Of a stretch of DNA of 64,000 nt, positions 50,307-59,644 are shown in pieces. The DNA is from Anaerolineae bacterium. Lineage in GTDB: Bacteria; Chloroflexota; Anaerolineae; S140-20. Numbering within the stretch: position 1 is the first letter of the stretch; every line of letters starts with the position of its first letter. A model generated the notes under the pieces. That model searched no databases. It saw only the letters and a program-made list of their open reading frames with translations, and was not told the DNA's origin. The DNA is taken from assembly GCA_027021705.1 (NCBI GenBank), contig JALUTT010000132.1:1-64000 (forward strand), given 5' to 3'. Position numbers and translations under genes: made by a program.

Positions 50307-51132
50307 CGCCGACCTCCTGAGCGGGTGCCCCAGGGGCGGGTCGCTCCGAGGACGGACCTGCCGACGCGGCCTGATCCGCCTTCAGCAGTTCCAGGGCCAG
50401 CATCGCGTAGGCCCGGGCGCCGGCGGAACGGGGAGCGTAGGTGGAGATGGGCTCTCCGTGGCTGGGGGCCTCGCTGAGCCGGACGTTGCGGGGGATGAGG
50501 GTGCGGAAGACGCGGGGGCCGAAGTAGCGCCGCACCTCGGCCACCACCTGGCGGGCCAGCGTGGTACGGCCATCGTACATCGTGAGGAGCACGCCCCGGA
50601 TGGTCAGGCGGGGGTTGAGGCGGGTGCGCACCAGTTCGATGGTCTGCTGGAGCTGGGTCAGCCCTTCCAGGGCCAGGTACTCGCACTGGACGGGGATGAT
50701 GACGCCGTCGGCAGCGGTCAGGGCGTTCACCGTCAGCAGGCCCAGGCTGGGCGGGCAATCAATCAGGATGTAGTCATACCGTTGGGCGACGGAGGCCAGT
50801 TGCTGGGCCAGGCGGTGCTCCCGGCCCAGTTCGTTGACCAGCTCCACCTCGGCGCCGGCCAGGGCCGGGGCGCTGGGCACCAGGTCCAGCTTCAGGCGGG
50901 GGTTTCGCAGGATGGCGCGGGTGAGCGGCGTTTCGTCCAGGAGGACCTGGTAGATGGACGTGGAGAGGGCGAACTTGTCCAACCCCAGGCTAGAGGTGGC
51001 GTTGGCCTGGGGGTCCACATCCACGATGAGTACCCGCTGGCCCTGTTCGGCCAGGTAGGCTCCCAGGTTGACGGCGGTGGTGGTCTTCCCCACCCCGCCT
51101 TTCTGATTGGCCAGCGCGTAGGTACGGGACAT
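50296..51132 (-). CDS. parA: ParA/Soj ATPase
   Basis: NQKGGVGKTTT, DPQANAT, DCPPSLG and IPRNVRLSEAPS. Confidence 0.97.
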   Translation of the reverse strand: MSRTYALANQKGGVGKTTTAVNLGAYLAEQGQRVLIVDVDPQANATSSLGLDKFALSTSIYQVLLDETPLTRAILRNPRLKLDLVPSAPALAGAEVELVNELGREHRLAQQLASVAQRYDYILIDCPPSLGLLTVNALTAADGVIIPVQCEYLALEGLTQLQQTIELVRTRLNPRLTIRGVLLTMYDGRTTLARQVVAEVRRYFGPRVFRTLIPRNVRLSEAPSHGEPISTYAPRSAGARAYAMLALELLKADQAASAGPSSERPAPGAPAQEVGDAP

Positions 51133-51210
51133 TGCAACGGCGAGGTCTCCGGCGGCCAACTTTCCCTCGTTCCCCTGCACTGGTGTGGGGGTAAAGGGGA
51201 GATCGGCAGC

Positions 51211-51730
<520 letters not shown>

Positions 51731-52570
51731 TCAGGCAGCCAAGCCGTGTGATCTCAACGTTGCGATCTCTTCCGGCGTGGGGGTTCCCTCCAGGCCGGGA
51801 CGGCGCACGGAGCGGGAGGCGACCTGGTTGGCGAAGCGGGCTGCCTCCCAGGGGTCGCCCGTCTCGTGGAGCCGGATGAAGAAGGCGGCCGCGAAGATGT
51901 CCCCGGCACCGGTGGGGTCCACTTCCTCCTGGGGGGTGACGGGGATGTGGCGCACCTCGTCGCCGACGTGAACCCGGCAGCCCTGGGCTCCCAGCGTGAC
52001 CACCAAAATGGGAGCCAGCCGGGCGAACTCGGCCAGGATGGCTTCGTCACCGCCGACGTCCTCGGGGCTCAGGACGACGGCGTCGGCATAGGGAAGCACC
52101 TGGTCGGCCTCTTCCCAACGCCGTAGCGAGACCCGCCCCGCTTCGTCCCAGGTCCGCAGCCACCCCTGGGGGGTGATCCCGATGAAGGAGCCGGGGAAAG
52201 CGTGGACCAGGGCCGGATCGCACTCACGGGCCAGAGGTCCCAGGTGCACGATCCGGGGGCTGCGCCAGGCGGGAGGCACGGCGTCCGGCCCCAAGGGGGC
52301 GGCGACGGCGTGGATGATCTGCCGACGACCGTGGGGGGTGTAGATGTTCTCAAAGGTGGTCGTCGCCGGGGCCGGCAGCCGTTCCATAGCGATGCCCCGC
52401 AGCGCACCGTCCAGGACCAGGTCGGGCGAGGCGCTGGTGAGCACGGCCACCCGATACCCCAGGGCCTGGGCTGTGCGGGCAGCGTAAGTGGCCGTTCCGC
52501 CCAGCGTCGGCCCCCAAGGGGTCAAGTCCTGGGTGATGTGGCCGATGAGGAGATAGTCGGGAGCGCGCAC
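51731..52570 (-). CDS. PfkB family carbohydrate kinase
   Basis: LGGTATY, VTLGAQG and DPTGAGDIFAAAF. GTG start at 52570; the longer ORF runs through a MITE. Confidence 0.92.
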   Translation of the reverse strand: MRAPDYLLIGHITQDLTPWGPTLGGTATYAARTAQALGYRVAVLTSASPDLVLDGALRGIAMERLPAPATTTFENIYTPHGRRQIIHAVAAPLGPDAVPPAWRSPRIVHLGPLARECDPALVHAFPGSFIGITPQGWLRTWDEAGRVSLRRWEEADQVLPYADAVVLSPEDVGGDEAILAEFARLAPILVVTLGAQGCRVHVGDEVRHIPVTPQEEVDPTGAGDIFAAAFFIRLHETGDPWEAARFANQVASRSVRRPGLEGTPTPEEIATLRSHGLAA

Positions 52571-52585
52571 AGTCCTTCCTTGCTC

Positions 52586-52704
52586 GTAACTGTTCACCCT
52601 CCCGCAGGTCTGGCGCGTTTCCGACGCGAAACCGTGCAAATAGCCCATCGGGGCTGAAAGCGCCCTCAACCGGTGACCTGTGGGAGGGTGGGCTGAATAG
52701 ATAC
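52586..52704 (-). mobile_element. 119-bp MITE (type B) with 8-bp target duplication
   Basis: Ends GTAACTGTTCAC / CTGAATAGATAC. CCTTGCTC is duplicated at 52578-52585 and 52705-52712. Confidence 0.92.
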
Positions 52705-52711
52705 CCTTGCT

Positions 52712-53530
52712 CTACTCTGATGGCTGGGAGGGCCGGTCGGGGCGCAGGAAGATGGTCACCTTGCGGCGGTCTCCCTGCCCGATGCTCTCGGTGGTGACCT
52801 GGGGGTGGTCCCGCAGGGCCAGGTGGATGATGCGGCGCTCGGCCGGGGGCATAGGCTCCAGGACGACACGCCGACCGGTGCGCACCACCCGCTCGGCCAT
52901 CCGCTGGGCCAACCGGCGCAGGCTCCGCTCCCGCCGCTGCCGGTATCCCTCCACGTCCACCACCAACGCCACCCGCCGTTCCAGCTCCCGTCCCACGATG
53001 AGGCGGGTGATGTACTGGAGCGCTTGCAGCGTCTCCCCACGCCGGCCGATCAGGCTGCCCAAGTCCTTCCCCCGGACGTTGAGGATAAAGGGCGGAGCCT
53101 CGGCCTCGCCGGCTTCCGGTTCCGGGTAGTGGACCTCGATGCGAGCCCGGATGTCCATCTTCTCCAACAGCTCTTCCAGGACCTGGCGGGCGACTTCTGC
53201 CTCCTGCTCCCGGGAAGGGGCCGGCGCTGGAGGAGGCGGAACGGCGGCTGGGGCAGGTGCTTCCGCCGGGCTTTCGGGTTCCTCTGGAGGCTCTGGGGGG
53301 GGTGGGGGAGGAGCTGGGGGATGATAGGTGAGACGGACACGAGCGGGGCGGGCGCCGATGCCCAGCAATCCTCGGCTTCCTCTGTCCAGGATCTCGACCT
53401 CGACCTCATCGCGCCGACGGCCCAAGCGAGCCAGGCCGGCCTCGATGGCTTCCTCTACCGTTGGACCAAGGCTCTCAACCGTCTGTGCAGAGCCATCCGG
53501 GTTGCTTACCGTTTGCTCCATAGAGACCAT
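52712..53530 (-). CDS. jag: Jag/EloR (KhpB) RNA-binding protein
   Basis: Jag_N (TVEEAIE...GLLGIG), KH (LIGRRGETL) and R3H (ERRIIH). Confidence 0.95.
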   Translation of the reverse strand: MVSMEQTVSNPDGSAQTVESLGPTVEEAIEAGLARLGRRRDEVEVEILDRGSRGLLGIGARPARVRLTYHPPAPPPPPPEPPEEPESPAEAPAPAAVPPPPAPAPSREQEAEVARQVLEELLEKMDIRARIEVHYPEPEAGEAEAPPFILNVRGKDLGSLIGRRGETLQALQYITRLIVGRELERRVALVVDVEGYRQRRERSLRRLAQRMAERVVRTGRRVVLEPMPPAERRIIHLALRDHPQVTTESIGQGDRRKVTIFLRPDRPSQPSE

Positions 53531-53585
53531 CCACCTGTGTTCCGTGCTTCACGCATCACGTCTCACGTGATGCTGTGCGTTCTAT

Positions 53586-54368
53586 CTACCGACTCTTCTT
53601 CTTGCGGGATGACCGGGCGGGCTTCTTCCCCTTTGCTTGCTTGGCCGGGGCGGGTTGAGGAGCGGGGGCGGGCTGCTTGCGACCGATCAGATAGTACTGG
53701 ACGATCCCCACCAAGTTGGAGATGATGAAGTAGATGGAGAGCCCCGACGAAAACTGCATGGCGAAGAAGCCGAACATCAGAGGCATCATCACCTGCATGG
53801 ATTGGGTCATGCTGGCCGACTGGGGGTCGGTGGCCGGTGGCGTCATCAGCTTCTGCTGGGCCCAAGTGGTGATAACGACCAGGAGGGGCAGGATGTAAAG
53901 GGGATCGGGCCGGCCCAGGTCGAGCCAGAGGAACGATTGGTCCAGGGGCAGCAGGCGGGAGAGGGTGGCCGCGTTGCCGTAGATGTGGCGGGAGAGGTCC
54001 AGAAGCTGCAATGGGGTGGTGCCCAGGACGCGGATGATGGCTTGGTAGAGGCCGAGCATGATGGGGAATTGAAGGAGGGTGGGCAGACACCCGCCCAGGG
54101 GGTTCACCCCATGCTCCTTGTAGAGCTTCATCTGCTCCTGAGCCAGCCGTTCCCGGTCCTTCCCATACTTCTTCTGGAGCTCCTGAAGCTTGGGCTGCAA
54201 CGCCTGCATCGCCTGGGCCGACTGTTGCTGGCGCAGCGTCAGCGGGAGCAGGATGAGCCGGGTCAGGATGGTGAAGATGGTGATGCTCAGCCAGAAGCTC
54301 CTCCCCATCAGCCCATACAGGAAGAGGAGGGCGTTGATCATCGGGTCAAGAATCAGCAGGTCCCACAT
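53586..54368 (-). CDS. yidC: Membrane protein insertase YidC (short form)
   Basis: MQALQPKL, NPLGGCLP.LLQFPI, FLWLDL..PDP and SGLSIY. Confidence 0.96.
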   Translation of the reverse strand: MWDLLILDPMINALLFLYGLMGRSFWLSITIFTILTRLILLPLTLRQQQSAQAMQALQPKLQELQKKYGKDRERLAQEQMKLYKEHGVNPLGGCLPTLLQFPIMLGLYQAIIRVLGTTPLQLLDLSRHIYGNAATLSRLLPLDQSFLWLDLGRPDPLYILPLLVVITTWAQQKLMTPPATDPQSASMTQSMQVMMPLMFGFFAMQFSSGLSIYFIISNLVGIVQYYLIGRKQPAPAPQPAPAKQAKGKKPARSSRKKKSR

Positions 54369-54371
54369 CGT

Positions 54372-55469
54372 TCACTTCTTCTCCGTTGGCGGCGGAAAAC
54401 GCCAGAGCGGTTGGCCGTTTTCGGCCTTCAGAGCGACCAACTTGCTTTCACTGCGCAGGAGGGAAACCAACAGGATGTCTTGGTGTCGAAGGATGGGGGT
54501 GAGGACCTGCCCCTCCAGCTTGATCCGCCACTGCTCCGTGCCCGTGGCCGGATCTAGAGCCAGAACGGTACCGTCCTCGTTCCCCACGTAGAGCACGTTG
54601 TCGGTCAGGGTGGGTGTGGCCCGTATTCCCAATTCCCCTGTGCTGATGCGCCAGATCTCGCGCCCGTCTTCCGGGGCGACGGCGTAGAGGTTCCCCCCCA
54701 GGTCGCCGAAGTAGATGGCCTCTTCGGTCGCCAGGGCCCCCCCCCAGACCCAGTTGTCCACCTCGATGCTCCACCGTTCTTCACCCGTTTCCACGCTGAT
54801 GGCGTAGAGCCGGTTGTCGAAGGAGCCGATGTAGAGGGTGTCACCCAGGAGGGCCGGTGTCCCGGCCATTGCACCCCCCGCCTCGAACTGCCAGACCAGG
54901 TCGCCCTGGGCTGCGTCCAAGGCGTAGAGGTAGTGGTCGGTGGAGGCTACGTAGACCCGGCCATCGGCGAGCAGGGGGGTAGCCCAGATGCGCTGGCTGG
55001 TGGAAAAGCGCCATAGCTCCTGCCCCTCCGGCGAGATGGCGTAGAGGTCACCGTCGGAGCTCCCGATGTAGAGGTTCCCGGCTTCGTCCACGACTCCCCC
55101 TTCGACGAAGCCGCCGTCCACCTTCAGCTGCCACTGTTCCTGACCGCTCTCCGCATCCAGGGCGTAGATGGTGTTGTCGTTGAAGCCGCCGACCACGACC
55201 AGACTGTCCAGAAAGGCCGGTGTCGTGTAGAAAGGACCGATGTTGCGATCGGGTTCTGGGGGGAAGGCCCACCGTTGCGTTCCGGTGGCGATCTCCACCG
55301 CGTAGACCTGCTCGTTGCCGGCCAGGTAGACGAGATCATCGCGGGTGGTCAGGCCAAACCAACTGCTGGCTTGTGCACCTCCACCGGCACAGCCGGTCAG
55401 GACAGAGGCGAGGATGAGGAGGAAAAACAGGCCCCAGAACCTCCATGGCAGGTATTTCCGTAGAGCCAC
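54372..55469 (-). CDS. PQQ-like beta-propeller lipoprotein (BamB-like fold)
   Basis: Lipobox LTGC, then about 8 repeats of LYA...G.E.W. Confidence 0.9.
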   Translation of the reverse strand: MALRKYLPWRFWGLFFLLILASVLTGCAGGGAQASSWFGLTTRDDLVYLAGNEQVYAVEIATGTQRWAFPPEPDRNIGPFYTTPAFLDSLVVVGGFNDNTIYALDAESGQEQWQLKVDGGFVEGGVVDEAGNLYIGSSDGDLYAISPEGQELWRFSTSQRIWATPLLADGRVYVASTDHYLYALDAAQGDLVWQFEAGGAMAGTPALLGDTLYIGSFDNRLYAISVETGEERWSIEVDNWVWGGALATEEAIYFGDLGGNLYAVAPEDGREIWRISTGELGIRATPTLTDNVLYVGNEDGTVLALDPATGTEQWRIKLEGQVLTPILRHQDILLVSLLRSESKLVALKAENGQPLWRFPPPTEKK

Positions 55470-55500
55470 CGATGTACTCCGCCGAGAACGATGTTGCGTC

Positions 55501-55622
55501 GTATCTATTCAGCCTACCCTCCCGCAGGTCACCGGTCGAGGGCGCTTTCAGCCCCGATGGGCTGTTTGAAGCGCGGTTTCGCGTCGGAAACGCGCCTAAC
55601 CTGCGGGAGGGTGAACAGTTAC
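55501..55622 (+). mobile_element. 122-bp MITE (type B) with 8-bp target duplication
   Basis: Ends GTATCTATTCAG / GTGAACAGTTAC. GTTGCGTC is duplicated at 55493-55500 and 55623-55630. Confidence 0.92.
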
Positions 55623-55629
55623 GTTGCGT

Positions 55630-55839
55630 CTAGGGAACCGGGTCGTAACCCCCCGGATGGAACGGGTGACAGCGGCTGATCCGCTTGACGCCCAGCCAGC
55701 CGCCCTTCAGCAGGCCGTACTTGTCAATGGCCTGGTAGGTGTACTCCGAGCAGGAGGGGTAGAAGCGGCAGGTGGGGGGGAGGAGCCGCGAGATGGTCCG
55801 CTGATAGAGACGGATGAAGAACAGGGCCACGCGCTTCAT
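55630..55839 (-). CDS. yidD: Membrane protein insertion efficiency factor YidD
   Basis: YQRTIS...[10 protein letters not shown]...[14 protein letters not shown]. Confidence 0.96.
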   Translation of the reverse strand: MKRVALFFIRLYQRTISRLLPPTCRFYPSCSEYTYQAIDKYGLLKGGWLGVKRISRCHPFHPGGYDPVP

Positions 55840-56237
55840 TCCTGTTTCTGAACCTCCAGATCCACCGAATCCTTGGCCGCTCCGGGCTTTTCCCCCGGGG
55901 AATGGAGCAGACCAGCCTGGCGCAAAAGTTGCTCCAGCGCCTGATCCACTTGGTGAAAGGTGCACCCCACGATGGCCGGACGGGCGATGAAGACCAGGTC
56001 CCAACCGGGTTGGATGTGATCATAGCGCCGTCGGGCGGCCTCCCGGAGGAGCCGTTTGGCCCGGTTGCGCCGCACAGCCTTGCCCACCCGCCGGCTCGCC
56101 GTGACCCCGATGCGCGTGTAGGGCAGGTCGTTGGGAGCAGCCCCCAGGATCACCAGGGGGTGAAACCAGGAACGACCTTCCTGACGCACCCGCTGGAAGT
56201 CCTGTTTCCTGCGCAGTCGGTAGGGGCGCTTCAGCAA
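55836..56237 (-). CDS. rnpA: Ribonuclease P protein component
   Basis: RLRRKQDF and [28 protein letters not shown] start inferred just after rpmH. Confidence 0.94.
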   Translation of the reverse strand: MLKRPYRLRRKQDFQRVRQEGRSWFHPLVILGAAPNDLPYTRIGVTASRRVGKAVRRNRAKRLLREAARRRYDHIQPGWDLVFIARPAIVGCTFHQVDQALEQLLRQAGLLHSPGEKPGAAKDSVDLEVQKQE

Positions 56238-56239
56238 GG

Positions 56240-56413
56240 TCAGGCTTTCCAGTTGATCCGTTTGACGTGCCCCAGGCGAGGGGTAAGCCGGTAGCGCCCT
56301 TTCAGGCGGCGGGCCTTCAGGACCCGTCGTCCCCCTTTGGTCCGCATCCGAGCGCGAAATCCGTGGACTCGTAACCGTTTTCGCTTCTTGGGTTGGTAGG
56401 TTCGTTTGGGCAT
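56240..56413 (-). CDS. rpmH: 50S ribosomal protein L34 (57 aa, absent from the ORF track)
   Basis: Manual translation: [57 protein letters not shown]. Confidence 0.96.
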   Translation of the reverse strand: MPKRTYQPKKRKRLRVHGFRARMRTKGGRRVLKARRLKGRYRLTPRLGHVKRINWKA

Positions 56414-56464
56414 CTGAACACCTCGTCGTTGGTTGATCGGTCAGGCGGCCGGCCCGGCGTGGGA

Positions 56465-57214
56465 TCACCCGTTCTCGGGTTCGACGCCTAGGGCACGCAG
56501 TTGGGCGGCCAGCCGCTCGGCTCGCTGTCGTTCCCGCTCAGCCCGCTGGCGCTCTTGCTCGGCCCGCTCCGCCCCCGTGGGGATGACCTGACCCTCCAGG
56601 TCACACCAGCGCAACCAGAGAGCCTCGACACCCTCGTACTCGCCCTGCCAGAGCGTCAGGCCCAGCCCTACTCCCGGCAGTTCCTTCTCGGAGATCACCT
56701 TGGGCGGCTTGAGGGGCGACAGCTCGTGCACCCGCAGCAGGCCGATCCCCAGGAACCCGCCGGGATCGAAGACGACGTAATAGGGCACCCCAATGCGGGC
56801 GTAGGTCTCCAGCTTGCGGCCTAGCTCCTCCCCCTCCCGATTGGAGACGATCTCGATCACCACATCGGGGGGCTTGCCGTACAGCCAGATGAAGTAAGAG
56901 CGGTGCTCCTTGGGCCAGAGATCCGACGGAGCCTGCACGTCCAGACTCAAGAGCACGTCAGGCACGATGGGCGGCTTGTAAAGGGCGTAGAAGAGGCCCA
57001 CGTTGGCCATCACCAGGAAGGGACGACCCTCCCCCGGCCCTGCCCAGGAGCTGTACAGCGGTTCGGTTAGCAAGCGCTGTTGCTTCTCGGAGAAGAGGTT
57101 GTCCACAGGTGTGTCATCCTCGGTCACGAGATGGTCTACAGGCAGATGCTCGATGATGGGCAGGGCCTCAGGGGCTTCTTCGGCCTTCTCTACAACAGGA
57201 GACGTGGTACTCAT
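56465..57214 (-). CDS. Uma2 family endonuclease
   Basis: TEDDTPVDN, VPDVLL, PDVVIEIVS, YYVVFDP, WLRW and a C-terminal RAERLAAQLRALG coil. Confidence 0.9.
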   Translation of the reverse strand: MSTTSPVVEKAEEAPEALPIIEHLPVDHLVTEDDTPVDNLFSEKQQRLLTEPLYSSWAGPGEGRPFLVMANVGLFYALYKPPIVPDVLLSLDVQAPSDLWPKEHRSYFIWLYGKPPDVVIEIVSNREGEELGRKLETYARIGVPYYVVFDPGGFLGIGLLRVHELSPLKPPKVISEKELPGVGLGLTLWQGEYEGVEALWLRWCDLEGQVIPTGAERAEQERQRAERERQRAERLAAQLRALGVEPENG

Positions 57215-57264
57215 CCCTTCACCTCACTTTCCTCGGCCCCCGGTGAACCCCGTAGCAGAGGCAG

Positions 57265-57293
57265 ATTATACCCTGTAGGAGAGCCGTCGTCAA
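57265..57293 (-). promoter_or_regulatory. Sigma70 promoter upstream of the Uma2 gene and rpmH operon
   Basis: TTGACG-17 bp-TATAAT on the minus strand. Confidence 0.75.
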
Positions 57294-59644
57294 GAAAGGA
57301 TCGTGTCACCGATGGTCATCCCTCGTTCGGCCAGCAGCCGGCGCAGCGCCTCCAGGTCGTCCTGGGTGACCAGGGCCAGGGCCTGCTCCGGAGGTGGGTT
57401 GAAACGACGCAGGAAGGGACCGACCTCCGGGTCCTGGAGGAGCTCCTGGAGCGCGGCCTCATCCCGTAGCTGGAGCAGGGTAAGGGACTGCAAAGCGGCG
57501 TCGCCGTAGTGATGAGCCCAGGCTTTGATGCGCACCGTCAGCCGGAAGGGCAGCGGCCCCTGGTGCAGGGTGGACAGTTCCTGGAGGATCGAGGGGGCGT
57601 CCAGCCCCTGTTCCAGGGCCTTCTGGACCGAGGCCGGCGTGATCCGGTAGTGATGGTCGTCCACCCGCTCGGCGAAGCGGTCCAGCCGCCGGGCCAGGTA
57701 GATGCTGGGCGTACGGTGGACCAGGCGCAGGTTTCCCTCCTCGTCGGCGACCAGGCAGTTTTCTTCCCTCCCCGCCTGCCGGGTCACAGCGGGGAGGACG
57801 CCCGCGGTGCCGAAGGCTTCGATGAGCGCGTCCACCTGCTGAGGATTGACCAGGGCAGCGGTCGGAGCCGGTCGGTGGCGTAACAACTCGGTCAGGTTGG
57901 GATGGCGGGAGAGTTGGTCCAGGACCTCAGGATCGTGGGCGTGCACCAGGGCGACGCGCCGGTAGATGGTGATCCGCTCGTGGAGGGCCTGCCACTCCTG
58001 GAGGGAGACGACCACGTTCTGGGGAAGCTTCCCCCCGGAGATCTCCTCCAGATAGGCGATGATCCGCTGGGCCGACCAACCCCGCTGTTGGCCCCGGTAG
58101 ACCGACTCCCGGCTCATCCGGTACTCGATGGCCCGCTCGGCGCTGATCCGATCGGCGAAGATGTCCAGCGTCGCCAGCGTCTGGTCGGAGACCGGGTCCA
58201 TCGCCAGGATCTGGAAGTTGGGCTGGACGATGATCCGCCCCTGCTTCTCCGTGGGGATCTCGACCGGCGGTCCCAGCCCCAGCAACCAGGCCCCCAGCGG
58301 GGTCAGCCGGTAGGCGATGGGGGTCTGCTCGGCGTCCCCGTAGCCCAAGTCCACCAATCCCAGCCAGTGTAGAGGGCCGGTGATCACATTGGTGATGAAG
58401 GGCGCTTCTACCAGGTCCCATCCTTCCTCTTCGGAGGTGACACCCTGGAAGGTCCAGCCCAGGGGATTGCGATGGGCCGCATAAGGGGTCTTGTAGAGCG
58501 GCCCGTAGTAGTAGTACGAGTAGTAGTAACCGGTGGATCGGGCTCGGTAGTCGCGGGGGAGCAGGAACTCATACTCCTCAACCCGGATGGTCTCGACCAG
58601 GTTGTTCAAGGGGACCCAGCCCTGAGCGGAGAGTTTCTGGAGGAACCGGACCACCTGGCGTCGCGCCTGGACAATCGGCTTGGGCGTGGGATAGGGGGGG
58701 ATGCCGCCGCCCGTGGTGATGGAGATGTGGGGCAGGGGCTGATCGTAGAGTTCGTTCCAGAAGTCCCCATCGAGCCACGCCTCGAAGCTGCGGCGCACCC
58801 GCTGGGCAGGATCAGCGGCCAGGAAGTGGGAAGCATCGTTGGCGGTCAGGTCCCGCTGCCCGGTGAGGGAGAGGAGTCCCAGGCCCATCAGCAGGCGGCG
58901 CAGGAAGAGCAGGTAGGGAAGGTCTCGCTCGCTCTGCCCCCTTTGCAGCGTGATGGGCGTCAGCAGGTTGCCCGCCAGGTCCCGGAGCGTCCGTTTGTAG
59001 ACCTCCTGCTTCACGGTGACCCGGACCTGGTGATCCCGGACGTAGCTCCAGTACAGGTAGAGATCGCGCTGCAAGGTGCGGGCCGAGGCCGACTGGACCC
59101 GGTCAACGCGGACCGGACGTTGGAGCAGATCGGGGTCGGGGCTGGGCAGGTATCGGCGGATGGTGGGAGGGATGTATAGGGAAGGGCCGGGCTTCAGAGA
59201 ACGCTTGAGGACGGTGCGGGTGTATCCCAGGTCACTGACCAGTCCCTCGGCGCTGAAGACCAGGCCGTGGAGGGTCAGCCGGGCTACCACCGACTCGAAG
59301 TCGGTGGCGTTGGGGTCCTGCGGATTCATCTTCTTCTTGCTCCCGGTGGGAGAGACGATGCCGTGGCTCACCAGCAACCGCCGGAAGGCACTCGTGTTGG
59401 CCCTCCCTCCCCGCAGCAACAGGACATCCAGGACCTTGCGCTCGACGGGGGAGAGCCGCTCCAGGGCCTCCTGCACGCGCTTCTTGGTGAAGAGCCTCTG
59501 CTCCAACTCTCTCACCAGTTCGCGCTTGTACAGACGCTTCCCCTTTTTGTTCTCCGTGGGGATCCGGTTGAAGCGGGCAATGTCCAGCAGCGTGTGGTAG
59601 TTGTAGGCCTCCAGCAGTTGGCGCGGGGTCTCGCTCATCGTCAT
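57290..59644 (-). CDS. XPB-associated protein with two XPB-N-terminal-like (Helicase_C_3-type) domains
   Basis: IIVQPNFQIL...YRMSRESV...LPQNV and RFAE...YRITPASV...LP..L segments resemble the N-terminus of the neighbouring XPB. Confidence 0.8.
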   Translation of the reverse strand: MTMSETPRQLLEAYNYHTLLDIARFNRIPTENKKGKRLYKRELVRELEQRLFTKKRVQEALERLSPVERKVLDVLLLRGGRANTSAFRRLLVSHGIVSPTGSKKKMNPQDPNATDFESVVARLTLHGLVFSAEGLVSDLGYTRTVLKRSLKPGPSLYIPPTIRRYLPSPDPDLLQRPVRVDRVQSASARTLQRDLYLYWSYVRDHQVRVTVKQEVYKRTLRDLAGNLLTPITLQRGQSERDLPYLLFLRRLLMGLGLLSLTGQRDLTANDASHFLAADPAQRVRRSFEAWLDGDFWNELYDQPLPHISITTGGGIPPYPTPKPIVQARRQVVRFLQKLSAQGWVPLNNLVETIRVEEYEFLLPRDYRARSTGYYYSYYYYGPLYKTPYAAHRNPLGWTFQGVTSEEEGWDLVEAPFITNVITGPLHWLGLVDLGYGDAEQTPIAYRLTPLGAWLLGLGPPVEIPTEKQGRIIVQPNFQILAMDPVSDQTLATLDIFADRISAERAIEYRMSRESVYRGQQRGWSAQRIIAYLEEISGGKLPQNVVVSLQEWQALHERITIYRRVALVHAHDPEVLDQLSRHPNLTELLRHRPAPTAALVNPQQVDALIEAFGTAGVLPAVTRQAGREENCLVADEEGNLRLVHRTPSIYLARRLDRFAERVDDHHYRITPASVQKALEQGLDAPSILQELSTLHQGPLPFRLTVRIKAWAHHYGDAALQSLTLLQLRDEAALQELLQDPEVGPFLRRFNPPPEQALALVTQDDLEALRRLLAERGMTIGDTILS

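Noticed and set aside
53559..53574. parS-like CGTCTCACGTGATGCT near parAB
   Set aside because: Too many mismatches to TGTTTCACGTGAAACA; explained by a local heptamer repeat.
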